Counted from the stretch's first letter, positions 12,761 through 27,200 are shown. The stretch is 64,000 bases of DNA from Camelus dromedarius (GCF_036321535.1 NC_087437.1:23810001-23874000); one strand, 5' to 3'. Program-made: numbers and translations. The notes: generated by a model not told the origin, from the letters alone.

Positions 12761-15700
12761 TTCTTGGTTTTTTTGAAGGAACTGGCTCTTTCTGCTGTAT
12801 ATTGTCTCAAAATTTAACTTTTTTCAGATTGCATCCCCAAATGAATGTTTAAGATAGTCATCTAGTAATTCAAACCTTGCTTGCATATTGGAATCACAGG
12901 ACAGCTCGAAACAGCTTGAAGGCTTGTTCCCACCTCCAGAGATTTTGGTTTACTAGATCTGGATGCAGTCTTGACATAGGGAGTTTGAAAAGCTACCCAG
13001 GTGCTTTCACTCTGCAGCTAAGGTTGAAAATCTTTCCTCTGTCCCAGATGTCTTTGACTTTGGCTGCATATGGAATCATCTGAGGAACTATACAAACTTC
13101 TGATTCTGAGCTTCTGATTTAATTGAACTGGGGTGTGATTTGGTACTTGGGGTTTTTGAAATCTACCTAGGTTATTTAATGGGAAGCCAAGTTCAGGATC
13201 ATCACTCTACTCCCATTTATTTTCTCTCATTTGGCAGTTCGATTAATGGCTTGATTGAATGTAGACTTTTATTGCAGGTTACTCTCTTGTATTAGATGAT
13301 TAAATTTAATAGTGAATCAGAAGGAAATCTCCCTGTTTGAGTTGTATCCCTTATAAGCCCATATTTAAAGTATTCTCCAACGCACCAATTTTGATTTTTT
13401 AATACAAGCCCCAAAGACCAGGGTATCTCCTTAACACGTAGGCCCTTCTGTTGACCTGTGAAACTAAGTAGGCTTTCCAGAGAGCACTAGTCACCACTGA
13501 ATCCACAGTATCAGGAGAAAATGGAATTTCAGAGCTAGGATTAAATGGGAACCCTATGAATAAAACCTATACATTTGAGAAGGTCACTTTTAAAATGTAA
13601 AATTTAATAAATATTAGAATGATACTAGAAAAACATCTATACCCAAGATTAGCAAGCATAGACTTACAAGGAGGAAACACGCGCCAAGCACAACAGCTTT
13701 CATTTTCACATCAGCGTTTGAAGGGAACTGGATGCTAAAATTACTGTAATTTGTAAATATCTCTCTTACAATCCCAGTAAATTGCTTAGAAATCTTGCCA
13801 ACCACATTTTTCCCTTCAAGAGATTTAATCTAAATTGAAAAAAAATGAGTCTTAGAGAATTCTAAAAAACTAATAATAAAACTACTTTTAAAGTTAGAAT
13901 AAAATGAACACTCTATTAAAGTTATGTGCCATAATGAACTTTAAAAATTACATCACTCATTAGATACATCTAAATACCTGCATCTGTCTATAGTTACATG
14001 AAAAAAAAAGTTTCTTTACTATACAGAACATTTATGAAAGTAGTTTTGCTAAAATATTTAGTATTTTTTTAATCCCACATTAAGACAGACAGTGATAAAT
14101 TAGTTGAATTGATCCAAATATATCCAAAATATAATTTAAGCAGGAAAAGACACAACTATGATATATTGCTTTGATGAAATTTCTAGAAGCCATCAAGGGG
14201 GTAGGAAATGAAACTCACATCTGAGTTCTTTAAGACAAGCACAGAGAGTTTACATAGGCTGAGTGTTTAGAGGTGATGGGTGGCCCCATTGTCACCCGCT
14301 GTCAGAAGGAAAATGTGAAATGCCAGGAGCCTGGAAAAGAGGACTGGCAGTTCTGAGTGTAGGAAAGTAACCAGTAAGTGGGATGCCCCAGGTCCAAGGC
14401 TGGGGTCAGACTGGACAACAGGAGAGGGTGGGTGACAACAAATGAGAAAGTGTGTATGAAAGAAAAAGGCTCCAAAGTAAATTTCTTCTAATTTTACAGT
14501 TCTGCCTGTGGAAAGCCAAGGGCCATGATAAAGAGTTGGACAGATAGAGTTATAGCCAGACAGATGCACCTCACCAAGCGGGCACGTAGGGGCTGAAAGT
14601 AGCCCCCATTCACCAAAGTATGTACAAGCAGGGTTGTGTGAAACCAGGAAGAGGAGTGTCCTTTTCAAATTTGCACAAGGTACCAAATGTGCATGTATTA
14701 AATCCTAGCTCAGGTTGGGACTAGGTACATAAATGTGGGGAGACTAAAAACAGCTGACTCATTTTATTTGGGTATGGGTAGTTAAGTTCTTTAAAAACCT
14801 GCATTAAATTTCTAACATGAACACTGCAATAGCATGGATTACTCTTCATCAAATATTCATTTCAATCCCCTTCTACTGTTAGCCCAGTATCCTTCCCTGC
14901 ACATTGAAATTAGGCTTGGCCATGTGCCTTGTTTGACTGACAGAGTGTTAGTGGATGTGACATGAGCAGAGACCTTAAACAAGGCTGAGTGGTTTGGCCT
15001 TGAGTCTTGCTCTCCAGCGATCAGCCACCAGAGAAGAATGATCCAGGCAGCTGCTGTTGCTACAGCTCCAGAATGAACATACCAGGAGCAGACCTGAGAC
15101 CACTGGCAGCCTTAAATCAGAGCCATCTGGTTGAGCCCAGGTATATCCCCCAGATACAGTTGACTTGCAGACCCATAAACAGGAGAATAAATGCTTATTT
15201 TTTTAAGCCACTGAGCTTTAGGGGTTATATGTTATGCAACATTATGGTGGCAAAACAGATTAATGCAAATCTCTTGTACACTTTAGTGCTCCATCAGATA
15301 ATAGCTGTCATTTAAGCATATGTAGCTAGTAAATAAATCTTTTTAAATTTTATTTTTAATTTTTGAATATTTTAAAAATTAAAAAAAATACAGACAATAA
15401 CTTACCTGCCACCATAATCTCACTAATAGATATTAACAGTTCCCCTTTTTGATTCCTAAAGCAAGAACTTTTAAACTGTACTAAAACTCATGCAAGAAAT
15501 ATAAAATGTGATTTTTAATGAGAAGCATCAAAAATATGAATAATGATTCGAAACTGAAAAGTTATCAGGACCAAGTATTTTTTAGCTAAATTTTGAAGGA
15601 GAGAATTTTTGTAATAAACTTAATTCAACCTGGAAATTATTTATTGGTATTTGTGACACAAGAAGAAATACATATTTAGTCTTCGTCCCTGGTTCCTGAC

Positions 15701-18700
15701 ATACATCTGTAAAACTGTTGTAATTTTCTGATTAATAGGGATTGTAAGAGAGTCTTTTGTCACAGTATGTGGTCTTTGTCCCAGGTTCCTGGCACATAGA
15801 TGCTAACATTTTTGGAATCTCTTGAGTGATAAAAGTTTTGTGGGCTAATGAGATGACTGGTGGCTGTGGGCCCCTGACAGTTTCAGCTTGGGGGCTGGTT
15901 ACCAGAAAGTCCAAGCAATGATTAGAAACTTGGCACTCTGAGCCCTTCCCTTGACCTCTGGGGAGGAGACAGGCTAGAGACTGACTTAATCTCCAGTGGC
16001 CAGTGATATAATAAATCATGCATATGTAATAAAACTTCCATAAATACTCTAAACAACAGTGTTTGGAGACCATCCAGGTTGGTGAACATATCCATGTGCT
16101 GGGAGGGTGGTATAGCACAACTCCATGGTGACAGAAGCTCCTGTACTCAGGGCCCTTCCAGACCGTCCCTATGTAATTCTTTAACTTCCTCTTCATCTGT
16201 ATCTTATAATATCCTTTATAAAAACCTATAAACATGAGTAAAGTGTGTTCTGAGTTCTGTGATTATCCTAGCAAATTACTGAGCCTAAGGAGGGGGTCAT
16301 TGGCATCCCTAATTTATAGCCAGTAGGTCAGAAGTGCAGGAGGTTGGGACTTGTAATTAGCATCTGAAGTGGGCGTAGTCTAGTGAGACTGAGCCCTTAA
16401 GCTTTGGGGTCTGCATCAACTCCAATTAGTTAGTGTCAGAATTTAATTGAGTTGCACACCCAGTTGGTGTCTGGAGAATTGGAGAACTGTTTCATAGAGA
16501 AAAAAAAAAAAACATACATTTTGTATCAGACATGTGGATAAAAAATAGAATTGTGGTATATTTGAATTAAATTGGTAAATCTAAAAATTTAATACCAATA
16601 TTTGATAAATACATTCTAAAAGGAAAACTATAATTTTACCTACAATGTAAAGATAAATAAAAAAAATCCAAATAGAACACTAGCAACCTAGGTAAGTATC
16701 AAAAGAATATACTGTAATAAAGGATAAAATACTAAAAAAAGATAAATTATAAACAAATCATCATATTAATGCTGCTGAAAACATTTTTTAACTAATACAA
16801 TATATAACATTTAGTATATTCATGGCATACAAAAGTTTTACAATTGTTAGATAATTTAATGCTCATAGCCTTGCATAATACGTAGTTTTACTGTATACAA
16901 TGTTTATATGAGAAAATTAAAGCAAAGAAAGGTTAGCTAATTTGTCTACATTGCACAGATAAGAAATCATGGAGGTGGGTTTCAAACCAAGGCATTCTGG
17001 CTCCAGAGTCTGTACCCCTGACCATTACGATGCTCTGACTTTTAAAAAGTTAAGTATCAATTTTTAATAAAATTATTACTTAAGAGTCAGGAAATAATGA
17101 TCAATGACCCGATCTGTCAGCTTCTTTTTTTTTTTAAATAAAGATTTATTAGCACACAAATATATCCATTCATTTATGTATTGTCTTTGACTACTTTCAT
17201 GCTATAATGGTAGAACTGTTGCCACGATGACTCTATGGACCACAAAACCTTAAATACATTCTATATGGCTCTCTCCAAAAAAAAAAAAAAAGGTTTGCTG
17301 ATTTCTGTGCTAGGTAACATAGGAATAGAAAAATGGTATGAAACACAGTAGCAATATCTTCCTATATTATAATATTTGCTACTATTTCAACTGAAATGAT
17401 CAAATTGGTAGCTATTCCCTCTATTGTCATCATCATTATTATTATTTTTGATCTGTAGTTAGGCTGGAAAAAAATGAGCCCACTGGTATATAAACAGCAT
17501 ATGAACTATCACAATCTCATTTGCACTGTGATTTTATACCTAACAAAACTAAGTAAATAAAGCTGAAACACCTACATTTAATATTAAAATACAGTCATAT
17601 AACTGAATTAAAGGTAAAGAAAAATAGCTTTTCTCACTATTTATAATAAGCACCTCAAAATATAAATATTACCTTTTAACAGTGATAATGGTATAAATTA
17701 CAAATAAACAACAAAAAAAGTAGAGGTTTTATATGAAGAAACCTATGTGGTCTTACAAAGAATACAAAATAAGATATGAATGAAAGACATAAAACTTCTT
17801 GGATGGATCAGGTTTAGCACCATAAATATGTTAATTTCAAAAAAAAAATGATAAATAGATTTCACACAATACTTAGAGTCTACCTTCTAAAAAATTAAAC
17901 AAAATGACCTTAATATCCATGTGAAAGGAAACATTAGACAATAGCAATAAAATATGATAAATGAAGAATACTGAGTGATCATTTTGCTCTGACTTGATGG
18001 ATGACATATCATTAAGTCACCATACTCATATCATAAGGCACTGTTGTGAAAGCAGATTGTTAGGTCAGTGCAACGGAGGAGAAAGTCTAGAAACAGATTC
18101 TGTTACTTGTGGGAATTCAATGTATGGTAAGGATAGTATTTTAATTCAGCAAGGAGTGAATAGTTTACTTAATAAATTCTGATGACACACTGTCTAGCTG
18201 TTGAAAGAAAATAAAGTTTGCTCCTATCTTGTACTAATACATTTCCTAGTGAGTTAAAGATTTAAATATAAGAAGATTAAAAAATAGTAGAGAAAATATA
18301 AGGTTTGGGGAGGACTTTCATACTTAAGACTAAAGAATCAGAAGTTATGAACATAAACATACCTAACTATGTATATATATATAACTATATATATTCTTCT
18401 ACTCACTCATGGCTTTAACTACCATCTGTATGCTGAAAACTCCTCAATCTTTTCCTCTACATACCTAAAATCCAACATTACTCAAATACAAATCATTAGC
18501 TTCCCACAGATCAACTGTTTCTCCTCCAATACTCTTATTTTGGCCAATTACATCATTATTCATTCAGTTTCCTAAATGTCAGACATCAGAATCATCTTCA
18601 AATTTTCTTCCATCTTCAACACTCATCAAATCCATGAATCAGTTCCACTCAGTGCACTTACAAAATATCTCCAAATTATTTTCTCCTTTAGAATGGCACC

Positions 18701-21234
18701 TCCTCCTTCATATTCAGGGTGTTCTCTTTTCTACTCCAAGTTTCCATGACCATTGACATCGTGATGGAGTCCATGTTCCACAGTTAACCCCCATACTGAT
18801 AAATCCTACTTTAAGGTGTCCAACTTTCCATCAGAAGTTGATTTAAATGACTATTTCTCATTCTCTGAAAGATGGTGCTTAGTTAGCATCATTCTAGAAG
18901 TACAGGTGAGAAGTTAACTCACTATATATGAATTAAAGCATCCATTGATAAAGGTTGCTGGATAAAATCTAAATTCCTTAGCATTAAATATTAGAGTTTC
19001 ACAACACTTTTCCAGTGTTTTCACCAACTTTACCCAAACAGAATATATGCTATCTAAACCTCTGTTAATATTATTCCCTAAATGAATAATTATCTTTCCA
19101 TTCTTCTGAAGTCTTGTTAGATATGCCATCTTCTACATGGAGAAGTATTATTGTTTATATACTTTTATACAAATTTCTTATATGAACCTATTACACACAT
19201 ATTATATATATTCCTATAAAACAGCTTTATATAATCTCTCTACATTATATATATATTTCCTAGAATTACCCATCTCTGAAATCTATAAGGGGAGTGACTC
19301 ATCTTCATATAGCCAAACTCTAAAACCATATGACTAGGGAATCCAGGCAGATAACGTGAAAGAAAGATGCTGGGTAGTGGGAAACCTTAGGAAGTCAGGG
19401 GACAGTGGCAGAGTTCTCATGGCTTATCATAAGGGGGCGTCCCTGCTCAGTTTTAGATTTTTGCCCCATCTGTGAAAATGAGTGTCCAGTTTAACAGATT
19501 TTATGATTTTCCAAGAGAATCATGATATCAAGATGAAGCAATAAAATGTCTCAACCTTTAAACATTTGTGACTAAACACTTTGGGTTATGGGTTAGGCCC
19601 CATCTGTTGGAAAACTGCTGTGATGAAACTCCTCTATGTAGTAAATATACTGATAGATTGTGGTTTATAGAGATCAATTTAATACAGAGATAAAAGAGAT
19701 GCCATAAAGAAGCACAAATGGTAGTGCATCTTACATTATCTTTGTTAAAATTCTCTTTGCATAAGTGAGCTTTCTGTAGGAACTCAAAGATGTTAGAGCT
19801 TCTATAGAGGGCCTAGATCACTGGCAGCCTGTATTTCAGACTAAGGAAGGACCATATGCTTTGGCAATCAGACATGGAAGACAATATTAGTGTTCTAATT
19901 GAAATAGATAAAATACACAGTACATACAGAAAACACCATGTTTAAATGTTAGACGTTTTGCTTATATTTATTTGACTATAACACTTTTTTCTTTTTTCAC
20001 ATTTAGAAGGATTAACACTGATGTTTAATACGAGCAAAAACCACATCTCTAGTGAAAGTTAAATATATGAGCACATTACCTTCCTTTTGAGATCATTATA
20101 CAAATATGTATTTTAATGTATTTGTAACATCTTACAAAATTATAATATCCTTATTTTAGGAGAGCCAATCTTACAAAAGCTATCACATCTCTTACCTCAA
20201 AATCAACATCTCCACAAAAGCTGCACATGAAACATGGACCAGTAATTCTTAGTATATCCTTTCTCTTCTCATTTTGAATTCTAAACTTTGGCAGAAATAG
20301 GTGCCTGATCTGAGTAACATAACCTATTGGTATCCCAGGAGGAGCGTGGATTTCTATCTATAAAAGCAAAAGAATAAATGTAATATATCATTATCATCAT
20401 CATCTTCATTATCATGTATCTAATAAGAACTCTCATTTACTGTATACTTTTTGAAATTGGCATATTCTTTTTTTCCAGGTCTACTGAAGTATAATTAACA
20501 AATAAATTATAATATATTTCAAGTGTACTGTGTGACGATTTGATACACATGTACATTTTGAAATGATACCACAATCAAATTAGCACATCCATCATCTGAA
20601 AGAGTCACTTCTTTTTTTTGATGTAAATATTTGAAGTCTACTCTCAGCAAATTTCAAGTGTAGAGCATACAGATGACCCTTGAACAATGCAGGGGTTAGG
20701 GGCACTGACTCCTCTCTGGCCGTCCCCATAACCCGCCCCCACCGCACACTCAAAAATCAGCCTTTACAGCTGGCCCTCCATATCCAAGGTTCTGCATCTG
20801 CGGATTCAGCCAACCAGAGATTGTGTAGTACTGTAGTGCTGCCGCGTGTATTTACTGACAGAGCCACGTGTAAGTGGACTCATGAAGTTCAAACCCAAGT
20901 TGTTCAAGCATCAACTGTAGTATTAACTAGTCATCGTAATATACATCAGGTCCCCAGAAATTATTTATTTTATAACTGAAAGTTTGTACTGATGACCAGA
21001 ATCTCCCCATTTCTCCCACCCCTCCATCCCTTGCAACCACCATTCTAATCTCTGTTTTTATGAGTTAGTTTTTTTTCAGATTTCACATTTAAATGATACC
21101 ATAGTATATTGTATTTCTCTGTCTATTTCACATGGCATAACACCCTCCAGGTACATGCATATTGTCACAATGGCAGAATTTCCTTCCCTTTTTTTGCTGA
21201 ATATATATATATAAATGTATATATAAATATAAAT

Positions 21235-21297
<63 letters not shown>

Positions 21298-24200
21298 TTT
21301 ATCCCTTCATCTGTCAACAAACACTTAGGTTTTCTCCATATCTTCACTATTGTGAGTAAAGCTGCAGTTAACATGGAATGGAAATACCTTTGAAAGCCTG
21401 ATTTGACTTCCATTGGGTATGTAACAGAATTAGTATTGCTGGATCATATAACTGTTCTCTTTCAGTTATCTGAGGAAATTCTACTGTTTTCTAAAGTGGC
21501 TGTACAAATTTACATTCCTACAAGAGTGTATAAAGGTTCCCTTTACTCTACATCCTTGCAACATACATTTTTTGTCTTTTAAAAAGATCCATTCTAACAG
21601 GTGTGATGTGGTACATCATTGTGGTTTTGATTTGCATTTTTCTGATGATTAATAATGTTGAGTAGCTTTTCATATATCTGTTGGCCATTTGTATGTCTTC
21701 TTTCAAATCATGTCTATTCTGGTCCTTTGCCCACTTTCTAAGGGCAAGATATTGTTTTACGCACCACTTAATTCACACTACATCCTTAGCAGGTTGGCTC
21801 TGTTATTCCTATTTATAGAGGAAATAACGGAGGAACAGAGAGGTTAATTAACTTGTATCAGATTCCCCAGCAGCACAGTGGGAGAGATGAGACACAAACT
21901 TGGGGAAGCTACGTGCACTGTCTCTACACTGAAGCACTGCTCCACTGGCCTCATATTTTTTAAATTTTCATACTTACATGAAAAATATCTAAATTATTAA
22001 AAGCTCTTTTCTTAAACTCCTTTAAAAACGGTGGTTTACATGTACGGACAGAGCTCTGATCACTGGGGCAGTTTTCAAATATGAGTGGCAGTGGTGCTGT
22101 GATGGAAAGAAATGGAGCCTGGAGTGTTGGTTCTGCTATATCGTTGGGCCACTTTGAGACCATCCCAGTATGCTTATCCTAACTAAGGACCTCCTAGGAC
22201 TGTTTATTGAGATCAATAATATAATGTATGCTAATATGCTCTATAAATTTTAGAGAATATTCTGTCAAACGCTTAGTTTTTCCTCACTTATTCTTATGAA
22301 TATTATTCTATCTAAACTAAACGACATGGAAAACAAAACAATTCGGTATGAATAAGGTCAATTTTCCTTTCAAAATAAGTACAGTATTAGACGTCAGATA
22401 TCTATGTGCTTGCATGTCTGTCCTGCCCTCACAGCTGCCTGTATGGATGGCTGAGTGACAGGCAGGGCTGGGCTCAGGCCCGTGGGATCTAGGCAGAGGC
22501 CAATGTCCTGTAAACACTCTGCCTGGCGTCTTCCTGAGATCCATGTTCTCTGCCAGGCTGTCAAGTAACATGAAAGAGACCGCTGGACCTCATAGAGCTG
22601 AAGGTCCTCACAACTAGCATATCCCTATTACAGGGACTCAAATATGTTACTTTTTTCCAATGGAGAACTGAAAAACACAGGAGTTGAGATTTCTCAGGGG
22701 GCCTTCTCCTAGGTTTGCTCCTTGTAGGTTGGCTAAAATTGTGAGATGAACACATCTGTCCTTTTCCTCATTCTCCTGTCCACTTGCCTCTGGGATGGCA
22801 TTCGAGGGTATCTCCATGGTGCCCTCCTCTGGCTTTGGCCAGGCCCTCATGGTCATTTTGGGAGAGGGACTTGACCGAGGTGCCCTACCTGCTTAGCTCT
22901 CCCTGAAGATCGAGGAGTCTGGTCTCTGAGATCTCTGATCTCACCCCCAGGAGGTGCCCTACTCAGGGACAGGGGGCTAAGTGCTCACTCTTTTCCACCT
23001 GCCTTCCTTCCTGTACAGTTTACTCTCAGGTATAAACCAATAGCTTGTGGACCACTTTTCCTTTAGATCTCAGTTTGATTATATAAATTCAACAAGAGGG
23101 TAAAATTCTTACAGAACTACTTTGCAAAGTACCCTGGTAACCACTCACCGACCTCCTGCAGGCAGCAGGGGAAACAAAGCCAGTTAATCCTTAGTGGTCT
23201 CTCCAGAGTTATGACCTCTCGGCCTATAAGATCAAGGATCCTCATGGTAAAAGGCCTAAAAGCCCCACAAAAATATCGGGTACAGCAATCAGTATCCTCT
23301 GCTGCAAAGTAAATCCTCTGTCCAAGGCTGTTCTTAATTTCATATTTGTTATTTGTTTCAATACGTATTATGACTGAAAATGTAGAAGATAAAATCATAA
23401 TCAACATAATGTTAAAAATATAGATTAGATTCAAAAATTTTTCAGATATTACTTTAGATGATACTTCATGTCACATAAGGAGGAAGAACAGGAAAGGGGT
23501 TTAAAGATGATCTAGTCAGAGAAAAAAGGGAAAGAGAGAGAAAGAGGAGGGGAAAGTAAGCTACAGAGAAATTAAGATGATTTATGTGAGGCATGGACAA
23601 GAAAATAACCTGTATATTCCTAATTGCATAGGCCCATGTCAGAAACGGAGACTCTGCTGTGAGGGCTGGTGCGAAGCTGCAGAGGGCCGGAGCTGTGCTA
23701 AGTGTATGCAGAACATGTCTCCTTGTTCGTGTGTTCAAGTGTGGAGGAGAATACAGGATGATTGCTCTGTTCATGCTCCTTATAAGATGACACTAAATAA
23801 ACTGGCTTGAGATTTTGTTTTGTAAACCATAGCCATGGCTTATCATTCTGCACTGTGTGAGGAAGGTTATGACAGGGCTTACGCACAATGCACACGTGTG
23901 AAGAGGGAGGGAGAGGAAATGGAGGTGAGGTAGAATGCTCAGCATTGTATGTTCAGAAGTGGGAGATGGGCACCCATCCAAATGCAGTAAGTTGACTCTC
24001 TTTGGAAACATACTAAGGTAACTGTAAGTACGTGGTACTAAGTTAACATGAACTATTGCCTGTGGCTCTGTGCCAATCTCAAGGTTATCACAAACTGGGA
24101 GAAAATAGCTGAAGTATAGAAATCAGGTAATGTGATAGATTCCCTGAAGTGATTTCTAGAGAAAAAAGGGAACAAAAGTAAATTTGATTGTTTTCCTTCT

Positions 24201-27200
24201 GAGTTGGGGTTTTTAACTTGAAGACAGTTACTAGAGTAATAGTATTTTACCACTCGACTCCTAATTTCCAGAAATGAGCTACTGATAATCCTCATCAATT
24301 CATTATCACAAAGACAGACATTTGTAAATAGCCAGGTTTAACTCTCCGACATCACTGAAAGTGTTATATTGGTGGTTGGTGATGTGCCTTTATGTATATA
24401 AACATCCCCTCTTTCTAGAAATAGAATGAATACAATGAATACATACCTTCTGTAAGTTCAATTTGCTGATGAATCTGAATCTGATCTATCTATTAGAGCA
24501 AACAAAAGATTGAGCTATAAGCATATATCATGTTTTTTAAAGCCAACCAAATTAAGATACATTTTTATATTTTCAAGAATGCATATAAGTAATTATCAAT
24601 ATTGTCAATATTTAATCATAGTTTATATCTTTGGTGTAAAAGGAAATTTAATATATTTATAAATGAAAAAATACATATTGAATATGTTCACTATTCCTGT
24701 GGGCAAATTCAAGTGAAATAAAATTGACTTACACTAAAACCCCTTTAAGAATAAGAACACACTGTTCTTTCTAGAAGGGGTTTAGGAAATATTTTTAAAA
24801 ATTTATCCATTTAAAGGCATTTTTTACTATAAATCTCAAAATTTTTCTTTTTCATGTACTTGATATCATCATTTGTAGTAAGCAATAATTTTCCCTACAT
24901 ATTTTGTAAGTCCGTGATTTTTTTTAAAGAAAATCTATTTAGGGTATTTCTTGGAGAATATATGAACTGATAAACTTCTTGAAAATTATAATGCCCAGGT
25001 GCATTTTGGGATATTAAATTAGTGTAGAGAGTGCAAGGGACACAGCTCAGTTTTTGAAAAGTGGTTGGATAGCATGGGAATATTTATTTTTGTATCGTTT
25101 TAACACATAGGACTTCATAGTCTTACTTTACCTATGAGATTTCTAACATCAAAGAAATGTAAAAACTCACTTTGCTGAGATAAGCTATCATGTAGCACCT
25201 TAAAATCCAGGACTTTTTTTGACCTTATGGTTGTGTTTATAAAACTGAGTCTTCAAAAGAATAAAAGCAACATAAAATGTAATTTTATTAAGTATAATAA
25301 GATGTTGAGCCATATTCTACACAAAACATTACTCCATTTTGGTACCACTTGTTGAAATTGAACAGTTTTATTTGATGTTTGTTTCTAACTCCTAGGAAAT
25401 TATTCAGTGTTGGGATTAAAGGGCACAGGATCCAGAACCAAGGTTCCAGAAGTAAAAAGCCATTCCCACTTCCTCTGCATTTTGATGCTGAGCAAATTAT
25501 GTAATCTCACTAGGCCTCAGTTTCTCTTCTGTAAAACGATGATAATTATAACAACTACACATCATAGAGTTTCTAAAGGATTAACTGAGTTAACACATGT
25601 ATTCTGCTTAGGAACAAAGCCTGGAAAATAGTGCTTAATAAAGGTTTGCTATTGGTATTATTGCAGATTATATTCAAGATGATAGAAAACACAATTTCCT
25701 AAGACATGTGTCTTTTACTGTAAAAGTAAACCTTACCTAGAAGAAATAGAGTAATTTGTTAGCAAAAAATGTTGTTTTACCATTCAGACTTTTGTGAATT
25801 AGTCAATTGTTAGTCTCACTAAGTAAACTGGAAGCACAGTTTTATATTCTATGAATCTTTTGTGTATTTGAAGTTACCTGGTTTAAATATTCCAATCCTG
25901 GTGGACAGTCTGGTGAAGGTGGTAGTGCTGGAATCCAGGGCAGTCCTGCAGGCACACCTGGCCGAAGAGGCACTGGCTGGTATTGGATGGGAGAGCCAAC
26001 TGGGCAAGACCCTGAATAGCCAGCTGGTAGGACTAGGTAGTCCTTCCTACTGACTAGGTAGTCAGTCTGGGTGCCAGTGTAGCCAGCCTTGGGGCCAGGA
26101 TATTCAGCCTGGGTTTTGGAATTGCCAGCCTTAGAGCAAGGATTTTCAGCCTTGGTTTTAGGATAGTCATTCTGGGGGACAGGATTTTCATCCTGGGTTT
26201 CAGAATTGTCAGTATGGGGAGTAGGGTAGCCAATATGTCCTGGAGATGCTGAAATATGAACAAGTGAAATTATTTATAACTGCACAGAAAAGTGAAAATA
26301 TCAACTTTTTTAGAATTATCCCAGTTATCTATAAACTACAATTTTTGCTCAGAAATCTTGTTTCAACGTAGCTTAAAGTTTGTTTTTATCATTCAGCAGT
26401 TTTTCAATAAAATGTCTGTGGTTTCATATCCACTTCTATTTTGAGGATTTGGGCTAGTATAGAGTTGGTCTTCATCCTTACATTTACTCTTCAAAATTCA
26501 GGTGAAAATATGATTGAAACCTAAAAAAGTGAAAAAAAATCAATAGAGTCACATACATAAAGATTCTGGAATGGCATAATGAGATACGGCATTGGGTAGA
26601 AAGCCCACAATAGAGGCATTATGCCGACATATCCAGGACCAAATCACCCTTCAAAAAAATGGTAATTCCGGAATTCTGACAAATGGCACCTACCTATACA
26701 AAAAGAGTAAGTCTTAGAAGAGAGGCTAATCCTCGTAGTAATGTCTTTTAAATGTAGTTTTATAATTCATTCCTTCTTAAATGTATAAATATTTACAGAT
26801 GACCTACAATGTGATTGGGTCTCTTCTAGAATCAGAAGATACAGCTATGGACAAGGCAGCCTGCTCTCAGGGAGCTTACAGGAAACTTCTGGGAAACAAA
26901 AATATAAATTTTAAAAAAAAGATTTCTAAAAAATTCATATTGAACTGATTGGAAAATACGTGGGGGAGAATAAGAGGTATGAACCGATTTCTTTGACTAG
27001 ATAAAATTTATGTTGAGCCTTACTATATAAGGAGGGAAAACCTGTGCGAAGATCTGATGAGAAATATTCCAGGAGGAAGGATACTATGCAAACTCTCCCA
27101 TGTGAGGAATGGATTTGGCATTTTTAAGGACATTATAAGGGAGAAGAAGGAAAGAAACAGCTGTCAGTAAAGACATAGGATCAGTCCATCTTTTTAGCTG

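Larger units (their letters stand above)
20465..21745 (-). mobile_element. LINE-1 3' end (antisense on +) containing a nested MITE and a (TA)n
   Basis: ORF 21165..21413 ([18 protein letters not shown]) is the L1 ORF2 C-terminus; typical 3'UTR. Confidence 0.88.

Noticed and set aside
26054..26263. ORF with repeated ILKPR/ILAPR motif
   Set aside because: It is an alternative reading frame of the 21-bp repeat in exon 4; splice phases select the GYP.. frame.
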